In this document: one piece after another, positions 10,723 through 18,434 of the stretch
Layout of the letters: the number at the start of each line of letters is the position of its first letter
Position numbering within the stretch: position 1 is the stretch's first letter
NCBI GenBank assembly: GCA_050250875.1
Contig: JBFWNV010000002.1
Span: forward strand, 334-64,333
Source of the DNA: Vicinamibacterales bacterium
Lineage (GTDB): Bacteria > Acidobacteriota > Vicinamibacteria > Vicinamibacterales > UBA2999
Direction of reading: 5' to 3'
DNA length: 64,000 bases
Notes under the pieces: model-generated
Databases searched by the model: none
What the model saw: the letters and a program-made list of their open reading frames with translations, nothing else
Told to the model about the DNA's origin: nothing
Program-made: the position numbers and the translations under genes

Positions 10723-11931
10723 ATGCGCCCCTTCGCCGCCACCATCCCGCTCGGCGAGGCCCGGTCGATCCTCGACGGCGCGGTCCGATCGATCGTCCGC
10801 GCCGAGTCCGTCGGCCTGTCGGCCCTCACCGGCCGGGTGCTCGCCGAGCACGTCACTGCCGACGCCGATGTGCCGCCGTTCGCCCGCGCCATGATGGATG
10901 GCTACGCGCTGCGCGCCGCCGACACGACCGGCGCCTCGCGTGAGACACCGCGCGACCTGAGGGTGGTCGGCCGGGTGTTCACCGGCGAAGTCTTTGCCGG
11001 CGCAGTGGCGGCCGGGCAGGCGGTCGAGATCGCCACCGGCGCGCCGCTGCCGGCGGGCGCCGATGCGGTGGTGATGGTCGAAGAGACCCGGCCCGCCGGT
11101 GCCGATCGCGTCGCGATCACCGCCGCCGCGACGGCCGGCCATCACGTGGGCCGGGCCGGTGCCGACATCGCCCGCGGAGCCACCGTGCTGCACGCCGGCG
11201 ACGTGCTGGCCCCGAGCCGCGTCGGCGTGCTGGCGGCGCTGGGGCGCACGGAAGCGCGGGTCCTGGCCCGTCCGCGCGTGGCCATCGTGTCCACCGGCAA
11301 CGAGATCGTCGCGCCGGGACGCCCGCTCGGTCCCGGGCAGATCTACGACATCAACCGCCACACGTTGAGCGCCGTCATCGCCGGCCACGGCGGCGTGGCC
11401 GAGCCGCTCGAGGTGGCTGGCGACACGATGGACGCGCTGGATCGGGCCCTGGACGCCGCGGTGGCCTGCGACCTCGTCGTCTTCTCCGGCGGCAGTTCCG
11501 TGGGCGATCGCGACCTGGTGCTCGACGTCCTGCGCCGCCGCGGCGAGGTGCTGTTCCACGGCATCGCCACCCGGCCGGGCAAGCCGACGGCGTTCGGCCG
11601 GCTGGGCGACGTGCCGGTGTTCGGGATGCCGGGCAACCCGACGTCGTGCCTCACCAACGCCTACGTGCTGCTGGTGCCGTTCCTGCGCCGCCTCGCCGGC
11701 CTGCCGCCGCACCGCCCGCACGTGGTGCCGGCGCCACTGGCCCGACGGGTGACGTCCGGGGCCGGCCGCCATCAGTTCTACACGGTGCGATTGGTGGACG
11801 GCCGTGCCGAGCCGGCGTTCAAGGCCTCCAGCGACATCACCAGCATGGCCCAGGCCGACGGCTACATCGAGATCGCCGCCGAAGTGACGGCGATCGAGGC
11901 AGGCACGACGGTGGCCGTGGTCTTGTTCTGA
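10723..11931 (+). CDS. moeA: Molybdopterin molybdotransferase
   Basis: 402-aa ORF with MoeA layout (FARAMMDGYA, VSTGNEI, SGGSSVGDRD, GMPGNPTS). Confidence 0.9.
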   Translation: MRPFAATIPLGEARSILDGAVRSIVRAESVGLSALTGRVLAEHVTADADVPPFARAMMDGYALRAADTTGASRETPRDLRVVGRVFTGEVFAGAVAAGQAVEIATGAPLPAGADAVVMVEETRPAGADRVAITAAATAGHHVGRAGADIARGATVLHAGDVLAPSRVGVLAALGRTEARVLARPRVAIVSTGNEIVAPGRPLGPGQIYDINRHTLSAVIAGHGGVAEPLEVAGDTMDALDRALDAAVACDLVVFSGGSSVGDRDLVLDVLRRRGEVLFHGIATRPGKPTAFGRLGDVPVFGMPGNPTSCLTNAYVLLVPFLRRLAGLPPHRPHVVPAPLARRVTSGAGRHQFYTVRLVDGRAEPAFKASSDITSMAQADGYIEIAAEVTAIEAGTTVAVVLF

Positions 11932-11938
11932 GAATTCC

Positions 11939-11960
11939 GGGCAGCTCTGAAGAGCTGCCC
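11939..11960. terminator. Hairpin between convergent moeA and the OMP gene (9-bp stem GGGCAGCTC/GAGCTGCCC, loop TGAA)
   Basis: Perfect inverted repeat 8 nt after the moeA stop codon. Confidence 0.5.
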
Positions 11961-12010
11961 TACGCGACACGCGCACGTCGGGCAGCGCATCAGCTCTGCC
12001 TGACGCCAGG

Positions 12011-13480
12011 TCAGAAGCGCAGCACCGATTCGATCCAGCCGGTCGTCAGGCGATCGCCGCTGAACACGCGGCGCACCGCCTCGCCGCCATGGAAGCGGGC
12101 CAGATAGGCCCGCAGCGTCCACCACCGCCCCACCCGCCAGTCGGCACGCCCTTCGACGATCGTGCCGAGGTCGCGCGCGCTGCCGGCGTTGCGGCCGAGC
12201 AGTCCGAAGTAGTTGCCACGCCGCTCAGTGGCACCGCTGCCGAAATACCAGCGGTCGCCGCCGGTGGCCAGGGCGACGCGGTGCACGGTGGCGGCGAGGT
12301 CCACCCGCGGATGCGGCGCGAGCCGCGTTTCGGTCCACGCATCGACCACGTTCATGAGCGCATAGGTGTGCGAGGCCACGTAGCGATCGGCGGACGGCAG
12401 CATCGGGAAGAACGTGCCGTGACGGCCGTCGCCGGCGTTGCCGTCGCCCGAGGCGTAGACCACGCCGGCCCGCAGCCACGGCCGGCCCGCGGCGGACCAG
12501 CGGTAGCCCGCCTCGAGCACCGCCGACCCGGCCCGATGCGGTTGCCCGTACCAGTCGCCCGCCTGCGCCGCGCCCCAGAGCACGAGGTCCCATCGCCCGG
12601 CCCCCTGCTCGCCCATCGCGACCGCCGATGCACCGACGGTCGCGACCGCGACGTCGGCCGCCGGCGCCAGCAGGCCGGTGTTGTCGGGTCGGGCGCGCAC
12701 CTCGCGGGTGTCGCGGTAGCCGTAGGCGAAGGCCTGCGCCTGCAGCGGCGCATCGCCGGTGGCTCGACGGGTCACCTCGACGGTGGCCACCCGCACGCGG
12801 TCGAGCGGCAGATTGGCCGACTCCTCGAAGGTGCCCTGCGTCGGCAGCACGGCGGTGGCAGTGGCGCGCCACTCGCCCCGGGCGGCGCTCACGCGCAGGC
12901 CGTCCCACGCCCGCTGATACAGCGTGTCTGGCATGTCGCCGAGCAGCCGCCCGGCGACGCGTTCGCGCGCCAGCGCCGCCACGGGCGACGGCGGAGCGGC
13001 CGCACCGGGTCCGTCGTCGAACGACAGCCGGCCGGCCTCGATCGAAAGGCCACCGCCCGACGACGACAACGTCGCGCTCAGCTGCCGGAAGTAGAACTGA
13101 TAGCTGAACGTGCCGGCGGCCTGGAAGAAATAGGCGCCGCCGGTGCCGAGCAGCCCGGGCCCGATGGCTCCGCGCGGCAGGTTCTCGATGCGGACGTACT
13201 GGATGGCGCCGCCCATCGACCAGCGCCGGCCGCGATACCTCGCGCCGAGCGTCGAGCGGTTGCCGGCGAACGCGTAGTCGGGTTCGGTGCCGCCGCCCGG
13301 CGGCGGCGTGAAGAAGCGCCAGACCTCGGCGCGGGTGACGTTCTCGACCAGGAACGTCGTGTCACCAGGCGCCTTGTCGGCGGCGCGAGCGGAGCTGTCG
13401 TCGAGGGCCTGTGCGGCGGCGCTGCCCACCGGGATACAGGCTAGCAACACCGCCGCGGCCGAAACGCGCGGGACGAACAC
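12011..13480 (-). CDS. Putative outer-membrane beta-barrel protein (alginate-export/porin-like)
   Basis: GTG start gives the signal peptide (M)FVPRVSAAAVLLACIPVGSAAAQA. The sequence has an alternating amphipathic pattern rich in G/Y/R/W and ends in a C-terminal Phe (..ESVLRF). The family assignment is tentative. Confidence 0.5.
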   Translation of the reverse strand: MFVPRVSAAAVLLACIPVGSAAAQALDDSSARAADKAPGDTTFLVENVTRAEVWRFFTPPPGGGTEPDYAFAGNRSTLGARYRGRRWSMGGAIQYVRIENLPRGAIGPGLLGTGGAYFFQAAGTFSYQFYFRQLSATLSSSGGGLSIEAGRLSFDDGPGAAAPPSPVAALARERVAGRLLGDMPDTLYQRAWDGLRVSAARGEWRATATAVLPTQGTFEESANLPLDRVRVATVEVTRRATGDAPLQAQAFAYGYRDTREVRARPDNTGLLAPAADVAVATVGASAVAMGEQGAGRWDLVLWGAAQAGDWYGQPHRAGSAVLEAGYRWSAAGRPWLRAGVVYASGDGNAGDGRHGTFFPMLPSADRYVASHTYALMNVVDAWTETRLAPHPRVDLAATVHRVALATGGDRWYFGSGATERRGNYFGLLGRNAGSARDLGTIVEGRADWRVGRWWTLRAYLARFHGGEAVRRVFSGDRLTTGWIESVLRF

Positions 13481-13493
13481 GTCGCGTGACTCG

Positions 13494-13528
13494 CCCCGAG
13501 CCCCGAGTCCCTAGCCCCGAGCCCCGAG
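13494..13528 (-). repeat. Heptad array R1 (5 units CCCCGAG/TCCCTAG on plus strand; G-rich GGGGCTC-type on minus strand)
   Basis: The array spans the sodA stop codon (13511-13513), encodes the sodA tail LGARG, and fills most of the 30-nt spacer before the OMP gene start. Confidence 0.9.
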
Positions 13529-14119
13529 CAGTCTGTTCACCTCCGCCCAATTCACCACGTTCCAGAACGCCGCCAGGTAGTCGGCGCGACGGTTCTGATA
13601 CTTGAGGTAGTAGGCGTGCTCCCACACGTCCACGCCGAGAATGGCCTTCTTGCCGTCCATCAGCGGGTTGTCCTGGTTCGGCGTGCTGGTGATCGAGAGC
13701 TTGCCGCCGTCGTCCACCAGCCACGCCCAGCCGCTGCCGAAGCGGCCCATGCCGGCGGCCTGGAACTGCTCCTTGAACTTGTCGAAACTGCCGAAGGCGG
13801 CGTTGATGCCGTCGGCCACGGCGCCGGTCGGCGCGCCGCCGGCGTTGGGCGCCATCAGCGTCCAGAACAGCGAGTGGTTCCAGTGCCCGCCGCCGTTGTT
13901 GCGGACGGCGGTGCGGATGTCCTCGGGCACCGAGGCGATGCCCCTGACGAGGTCGTCGAGGCTCTTGTCGTGCAGCGCCGGGTGCTTGTCGAGTGCGGCG
14001 TTCAGATTCGTCACGTAGGCCTGGTGGTGCTTGCCGTGATGAATCTGCATCGTCAGGGTGTCGATGTGGGGTTCGAGCGCCGCGTGGTCGTAGGGCAGCG
14101 CGGGCAGGGAATGAGCCAT
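13511..14119 (-). CDS. sodA: Superoxide dismutase (Fe/Mn family, Mn-type features)
   Basis: Motifs [17 protein letters not shown] and [16 protein letters not shown] (Gln in NQD) suggests the Mn type. Confidence 0.95.
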   Translation of the reverse strand: MAHSLPALPYDHAALEPHIDTLTMQIHHGKHHQAYVTNLNAALDKHPALHDKSLDDLVRGIASVPEDIRTAVRNNGGGHWNHSLFWTLMAPNAGGAPTGAVADGINAAFGSFDKFKEQFQAAGMGRFGSGWAWLVDDGGKLSITSTPNQDNPLMDGKKAILGVDVWEHAYYLKYQNRRADYLAAFWNVVNWAEVNRLLGARG

Positions 14120-14212
14120 GGAACGAGCCTCCTCAGGGGGCGATATGGTCGGACGGTTGGCTTCCGATCGTAGCAGAACGACCGCACCGATCGGGACCGC
14201 GCGTGGCGCGGG

Positions 14213-15364
14213 TCAGTGGATCTGGAGCATGCGGTCGAGCGCCACCCTGCTCCAGTGGATCTGGTGCTCCGGCACCTCGACCTGGTTGTGCACCTGTCCC
14301 TCGACCAGTCCCTCGAGCACCCACAGCAGGTGGTTCGGCGAGACGCGGAACATCGTCGAGCACAGGCAGCCCATCTGGTCGAGCGACAGCACGGTGACGC
14401 CCTTGGGCGCCATCTCGGCCGCCAGCCGATGCACCAGGTGCACTTCGGTGCCGACCGCCCATACCGACCCCGGCGCGCCGTCACGCACCTGCTTCAGGAT
14501 GTACTCGGTGGAGCCGTCGTCATCGGCGGCCTGCACCACCTCGAACGGCACTTCGGGATGCACGATCACCCGGACGCCCGGATGCTCGGCGCGCACCGCG
14601 GCGATCTGCCGCGCGGTGAAGCGCACGTGCACCGAGCAATGGCCCTTCCACAGGATCAGCCGCGCCGCCTCGACCTGCGCCCGCGTCAGCCCGCCGAACG
14701 GCAGCTTGGGATCCCACACCACCATCTGGTCGAGCGGCACGCCCATCCGGAAGTGGGCGGTGTTGCGGCCGAGGTGCTGGTCGGGCAGGAACAGGATCTT
14801 CTCCTTCTGCTGCCAGCCCCACGCCAGCACGGCGGCGGCGTTCGACGACGTGCACACCGTGCCGCCCCGCTCACCGACGAAGCTTTTGATCGCCGCCGCG
14901 GAGTTGATGTAGGTCACCGGCACCGTGCGGGCGGCGACGCCGAGCTGCTCGAGTTCGCTCCAGCAGATTTCCAGCTCGTCGGCCGGCGCCATGTCGGCCA
15001 TCGAACAGCCGGCGGCGAGATCCGGCAGGATCACCTTCTGGTGCGGCAGCGCCAGGACGTCGGCGCTCTCGGCCATGAAGTGCACGCCGCAGAACACGAT
15101 GTACTCGGCGTTCGGGTGCCTGGCCACTTCGCGCGACAGCTTGAACGAGTCGCCGGTGTAGTCGGCGAAGCGGATCACCTCGTCGCGCTGGTAGTGATGG
15201 CCGAGGACGACCAGCCGGTCGCCCAGCGCGGCCCGCGCCGCGGCGATGCGCCGCTCCATCTCCTCGTCCGACAGACCGAGGTAGCGCTCCGGAAGCGGCT
15301 GCCGCTCGCGGATGCTGGCCTTCTCCACCTCGTTCAGAACCGGCAGAAACGTGGCCGTGCTCAT
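14213..15364 (-). CDS. nadA: Quinolinate synthase
   Basis: Full-length NadA-like ORF (VLGHHYQRDEV, CGVHFMAESADVL, AGCSMADMA, VTYINSAAAIKSF). Confidence 0.95.
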   Translation of the reverse strand: MSTATFLPVLNEVEKASIRERQPLPERYLGLSDEEMERRIAAARAALGDRLVVLGHHYQRDEVIRFADYTGDSFKLSREVARHPNAEYIVFCGVHFMAESADVLALPHQKVILPDLAAGCSMADMAPADELEICWSELEQLGVAARTVPVTYINSAAAIKSFVGERGGTVCTSSNAAAVLAWGWQQKEKILFLPDQHLGRNTAHFRMGVPLDQMVVWDPKLPFGGLTRAQVEAARLILWKGHCSVHVRFTARQIAAVRAEHPGVRVIVHPEVPFEVVQAADDDGSTEYILKQVRDGAPGSVWAVGTEVHLVHRLAAEMAPKGVTVLSLDQMGCLCSTMFRVSPNHLLWVLEGLVEGQVHNQVEVPEHQIHWSRVALDRMLQIH

Positions 15365-15497
15365 GGTCCCGGTGCCTTCGCCCTTCGCTCGCGCCCCCCA
15401 CCGACGATTGCGGACTTTGTGAAACTTTTCGCAATCTCCGGACGCGAAAAGACCAAGGTTCGCCGGTGGGCTCTCGCCGCGGCGTTCCTTGGTCTGT
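15365..15497 (-). promoter_or_regulatory. Structured nadA 5' leader; candidate NAD+-responsive (nadA-motif-like) riboswitch or attenuator
   Basis: The minus-strand RNA can fold as AGACCAAGG-AA-CGCCG-C-GGC-GAGA-GCC-CAC-CGGCG-AA-CCUUGGUCU followed by UUUU. Two mutually exclusive hairpins follow: CUUUUCG/CGAAAAG and GAUUGCG/CGCAAUC. I could not check this against the Rfam consensus. Confidence 0.35.
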
Positions 15498-15502
15498 TTT
15501 GG

Positions 15503-15530
15503 ATACTAGCACGTCGGCCGCAGAGTGCAA
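15503..15530 (-). promoter_or_regulatory. Candidate nadA promoter (-35 TTGCAC, 16-nt spacer, extended -10 TGcTAGTAT)
   Basis: The minus strand reads TTGCAC-N16-TAGTAT, with TG one base upstream of the -10 hexamer. Confidence 0.4.
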
Positions 15531-15567
15531 GGCCCCGGCGTCACCGCCGAGCTGGTACGATCCCGCC

Positions 15568-16365
15568 GTGCCCGAACTGCCCGAAGTGGAGCTGGTGAGG
15601 CGGATGCTCGAGCCGGCGCTCGCCGGCGTGCGCATCGACGCCGTCGAAGTGCGTCGCGCCAATCTGCGCATCCCCTTTCCCGCCGGCTTCGGCGATCGGC
15701 TGACCGGCCACGAGGTGGTCGCGGTGACGCGCCGGGCGAAGTACCTGCTCGCGCCGCTGTCGTCGGGCGAGACGCTGCTCGTGCACCTGGGCATGTCGGG
15801 CGACTTCCGGGTCGAGCGCGGCGGCCCGTCGGACCAGGGCAAGCACGATCACGTGGTGTTCACGCTGGCCTCCGGCCAGACCGTGACCTTCAACGACCCG
15901 CGGCGGTTCGGACTGATGGATCTCATCACCCGCGATGGCCTCGACGCGCACCCGGCGCTGCGCGACCTCGGCCCCGAGCCGCTTTCCGCCGAATTCGACG
16001 CCGCCGCCCTGGCCCGGGCGTGCCACCGCAAGAAGGTGGCGATCAAGGTGGCGCTGCTCGACCAGCGCGTCGTCGCCGGCGTCGGCAACATCTACGCGAG
16101 CGAGGCGCTGCACGCGGCCGGAATCTCGCCGAAGCGCAGGGCGGCGATGCTGGCGACGCGCGGCGGCGCGCCCGCACCGGCGGCGACGCGTCTGGCCGCA
16201 TCCATCGTCAAGGTGCTGACCCGCGCAATCGACAGACCGGCGGCGCGCTTCAAGGTCTACGAGCGGGCCGGCGAGCCGTGCCCGCGGCGCGGCTGCGGTG
16301 GGACCATCAAGCGGATGGTGCAGGCCGGGCGCTCGACGTTCTACTGTCCGCGCTGCCAGCGCTGA
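15568..16365 (+). CDS. mutM: Formamidopyrimidine-DNA glycosylase
   Basis: The GTG start gives (M)PELPEVELV. The C-terminal zinc finger is CPRRGCGGTIKRMVQAGRSTFYCPRCQ. Confidence 0.9.
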   Translation: MPELPEVELVRRMLEPALAGVRIDAVEVRRANLRIPFPAGFGDRLTGHEVVAVTRRAKYLLAPLSSGETLLVHLGMSGDFRVERGGPSDQGKHDHVVFTLASGQTVTFNDPRRFGLMDLITRDGLDAHPALRDLGPEPLSAEFDAAALARACHRKKVAIKVALLDQRVVAGVGNIYASEALHAAGISPKRRAAMLATRGGAPAPAATRLAASIVKVLTRAIDRPAARFKVYERAGEPCPRRGCGGTIKRMVQAGRSTFYCPRCQR

Positions 16366-16391
16366 GGACGCTCACGGCGGCACTGAGTCGA

Positions 16392-17498
16392 CTAGGCCAC
16401 CGCCGGGACGCGCACCACGTTGTAGAGGGTGTCGCGCTCGATCGGCTCGCGGCCGGCGTCGCGGATCAGGCGCTCGATCTGATCGGTGCTGAGCGCCGTC
16501 GGAGTCGTCGACCCGGCCATGTGGTAGATGGTCTCTTCCTGCACGGTGCCGTCGAGGTCGTCGGCGCCGAACCACAGCGCGGTCTGCGCCAGCTCCACGC
16601 CCGAGGAGATCCAGTAGGCCTTGATGTGATCGACGTTGTCGAGCAGCAGCCGGGCCACGGCGTGCGTGCGCAGCGTGTCGGTGCCGGTTGGCGGCGGGAG
16701 CTTCCGCATCTGGTTGTTGTCGGGATGGAAGGCCAGCGGGATGAACGCCTGCAGGCCGCCGGTCTCGTCCTGCAGGGTGCGGATTTGCAGCAGGTGATCG
16801 ACGCGCTCGGCCGGCGTCTCGATGTGGCCGTAGAGCATCGTCATGTTGGTGCGCATGCCGAGCCGATGCGCCGTGCGATGCACGGCCAGGTAGCGGTCGC
16901 CGTCGCACTTGTCGTAGGAGATCTTGCGGCGCACGCGCGGCGCGAAGATCTCGGCGCCGCCGCCGGGCAGCGAATCGAGGCCGGCGTCGCGCAGCTCGAC
17001 CAGCACCTGCTCGTCGGTCTTGCCGTAGTGGTCGGCGAAGAAGGCGATTTCCACCGCGGTGAAGCACTTCAGGTGGATGCCCGGGCGGATGCGCTTCATC
17101 CCGCGCAGCAGCTCGGTGTAGTAGCTGAACGGCAGGCCCGGGTGGAGGCCGTTCACCATGTGCACCTCGGTGAGGGCCTCGCCGTCGCGGGCGCGCAGGC
17201 GGTCGAGGATCTGCTCCACCGACGCGGTGTGGGCGCCGGGCCCGTCGGGCGTCAGCCGGGCGAACGAGCAGAACAGGCACGACGCCTCGCAGACGTTGGT
17301 GGCCTCGAGCCGCAGGTTGTGGTTGAAGTAGGTGCGGGCGCCGTGGCGGCGCTCGCGCTCGCGATTGGCGAGCCAGCCGACGGCCAGCAGGTCGGGCGCG
17401 GCGAACAGGCGCTCGCCGTCGTCGAAGCTCAGACGCTCGCGCGCCTCGACCTTGGCGGCGATGTCGGCGAGTCCGGCGGCGCGGATCCGTTCACGCAT
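16392..17498 (-). CDS. Radical SAM enzyme of the futalosine menaquinone pathway (MqnE/MqnC family)
   Basis: Motifs CEASCLFCSF (CxxxCxxC), GGGAEIF and MLYGHIET. The length and layout fit aminofutalosine synthase or dehypoxanthine futalosine cyclase. Confidence 0.8.
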   Translation of the reverse strand: MRERIRAAGLADIAAKVEARERLSFDDGERLFAAPDLLAVGWLANRERERRHGARTYFNHNLRLEATNVCEASCLFCSFARLTPDGPGAHTASVEQILDRLRARDGEALTEVHMVNGLHPGLPFSYYTELLRGMKRIRPGIHLKCFTAVEIAFFADHYGKTDEQVLVELRDAGLDSLPGGGAEIFAPRVRRKISYDKCDGDRYLAVHRTAHRLGMRTNMTMLYGHIETPAERVDHLLQIRTLQDETGGLQAFIPLAFHPDNNQMRKLPPPTGTDTLRTHAVARLLLDNVDHIKAYWISSGVELAQTALWFGADDLDGTVQEETIYHMAGSTTPTALSTDQIERLIRDAGREPIERDTLYNVVRVPAVA

Positions 17499-17520
17499 GG
17501 CGTGGTGGTCTCCGGCTCCT

Positions 17521-17552
17521 CCCGAGCCCCGAGACCCGAGCCCCGAGTCCCG
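17521..17552 (-). repeat. Heptad array R2 (CCCGAG CCCCGAG ACCCGAG CCCCGAG TCCCG on plus strand; G-rich on minus strand)
   Basis: The array starts immediately after the yjbQ-like stop codon (17553-17555) and ends 22 nt before the mqn gene start. Confidence 0.9.
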
Positions 17553-18056
17553 TTAGGAAACCCCCCAGACCTGCGCGCGCAGAGTCCGCGACCGCGGCCC
17601 GTCGAGTTCGGCCATGAGGATGCGCTGCCACTGGCCCAGCACCACTTCCCCGCCGCTGATCTGCAGGGTGAGCGAGTGGCCCAGCAGCATCGCCCGCAGG
17701 TGCGAATCGGCGTTCATCCGATCGCAGTCGGAGTGGTCGGGGTCGTTGTGCTGGTAGTAGGTGTCGCGCGCCACCATCTCTTCGAGGAAGCGGCGGATGT
17801 CGGAGAGCAGCGCCTTCTGGAATTCGTTGATGAAGACGGCGCAGGTGGTGTGCATGGACCAGAGGGTGATCATCCCCTCCTTGATCTTGAAGGTCCGCAC
17901 GTAGTCCATGACGCGTTCGGTCAGATCCACGAGCTCGAGACGCTCGTCGGTGTCGATGACGAAGTTCTCACCATGGATGACAAGGTTGCCAGCCGTCGCG
18001 CGGGCCACCGCCTCTACGGGGGTCTCCCGGACGGTCACGGTCGAACTCTTGCTCAT
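17553..18056 (-). CDS. YjbQ/UPF0047 family protein (secondary thiamine-phosphate synthase-like)
   Basis: Family-typical motifs HTTCAVFINE and DSHLRAMLLG..L.L.I..G...LG.WQ.I. Confidence 0.85.
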   Translation of the reverse strand: MSKSSTVTVRETPVEAVARATAGNLVIHGENFVIDTDERLELVDLTERVMDYVRTFKIKEGMITLWSMHTTCAVFINEFQKALLSDIRRFLEEMVARDTYYQHNDPDHSDCDRMNADSHLRAMLLGHSLTLQISGGEVVLGQWQRILMAELDGPRSRTLRAQVWGVS

Positions 18057-18092
18057 GCGGTCCTCTCAAGGGGCCAGCGGGGGCACGGCCCG

Positions 18093-18121
18093 GTGACATG
18101 CAAACACAAACGCCGTATTTT
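18093..18121 (+). promoter_or_regulatory. Candidate promoter of the B12 operon (-35 GTGACA, 17-nt spacer, -10 TATTTT)
   Basis: An AT-rich patch in a GC-rich background, immediately upstream of the riboswitch. Confidence 0.4.
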
Positions 18122-18149
18122 ACGCAAATTTCACAGGGTCCGGCAACGC

Positions 18150-18372
18150 CGGCGGCCGGGTGCTACACTGCGCAGACAATCGACGCGTTCCCGTGGCTGG
18201 CCAGGGAAGTGGGTGCGAGTCCCACACGGTCCCGCCACTGTAAGCGGGGAGCGCCCGTCCACCGGCTGGACTGCGATCCAGCCCGTCACTGCCGATCGGC
18301 GCCGTGCGGCGCCGGCGGGGGGAAGACGAGGACGCGGCGTGACGATCCGCGAGTCAGGAGACCTCCTCCACG
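18150..18372 (+). promoter_or_regulatory. Cobalamin (B12) riboswitch
   Basis: The core reads CCAGGGAAGUGGGUGCGAGUCCCACACGGUCCCGCCACUGUAAGCGGGGA and includes the B12 box. The 3' element is GAGUCAGGAGACCUCCUCC. CCUCCUC (18362-18368) is complementary to the SD sequence GAGGAGG (18423-18429) of the downstream receptor gene. Confidence 0.85.
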
Positions 18373-18434
18373 GGCCCACGTCCTTCTCCCGCTCTTCGGA
18401 GCGGATCGGCGCGGAGAACGCCGAGGAGGGCCTG

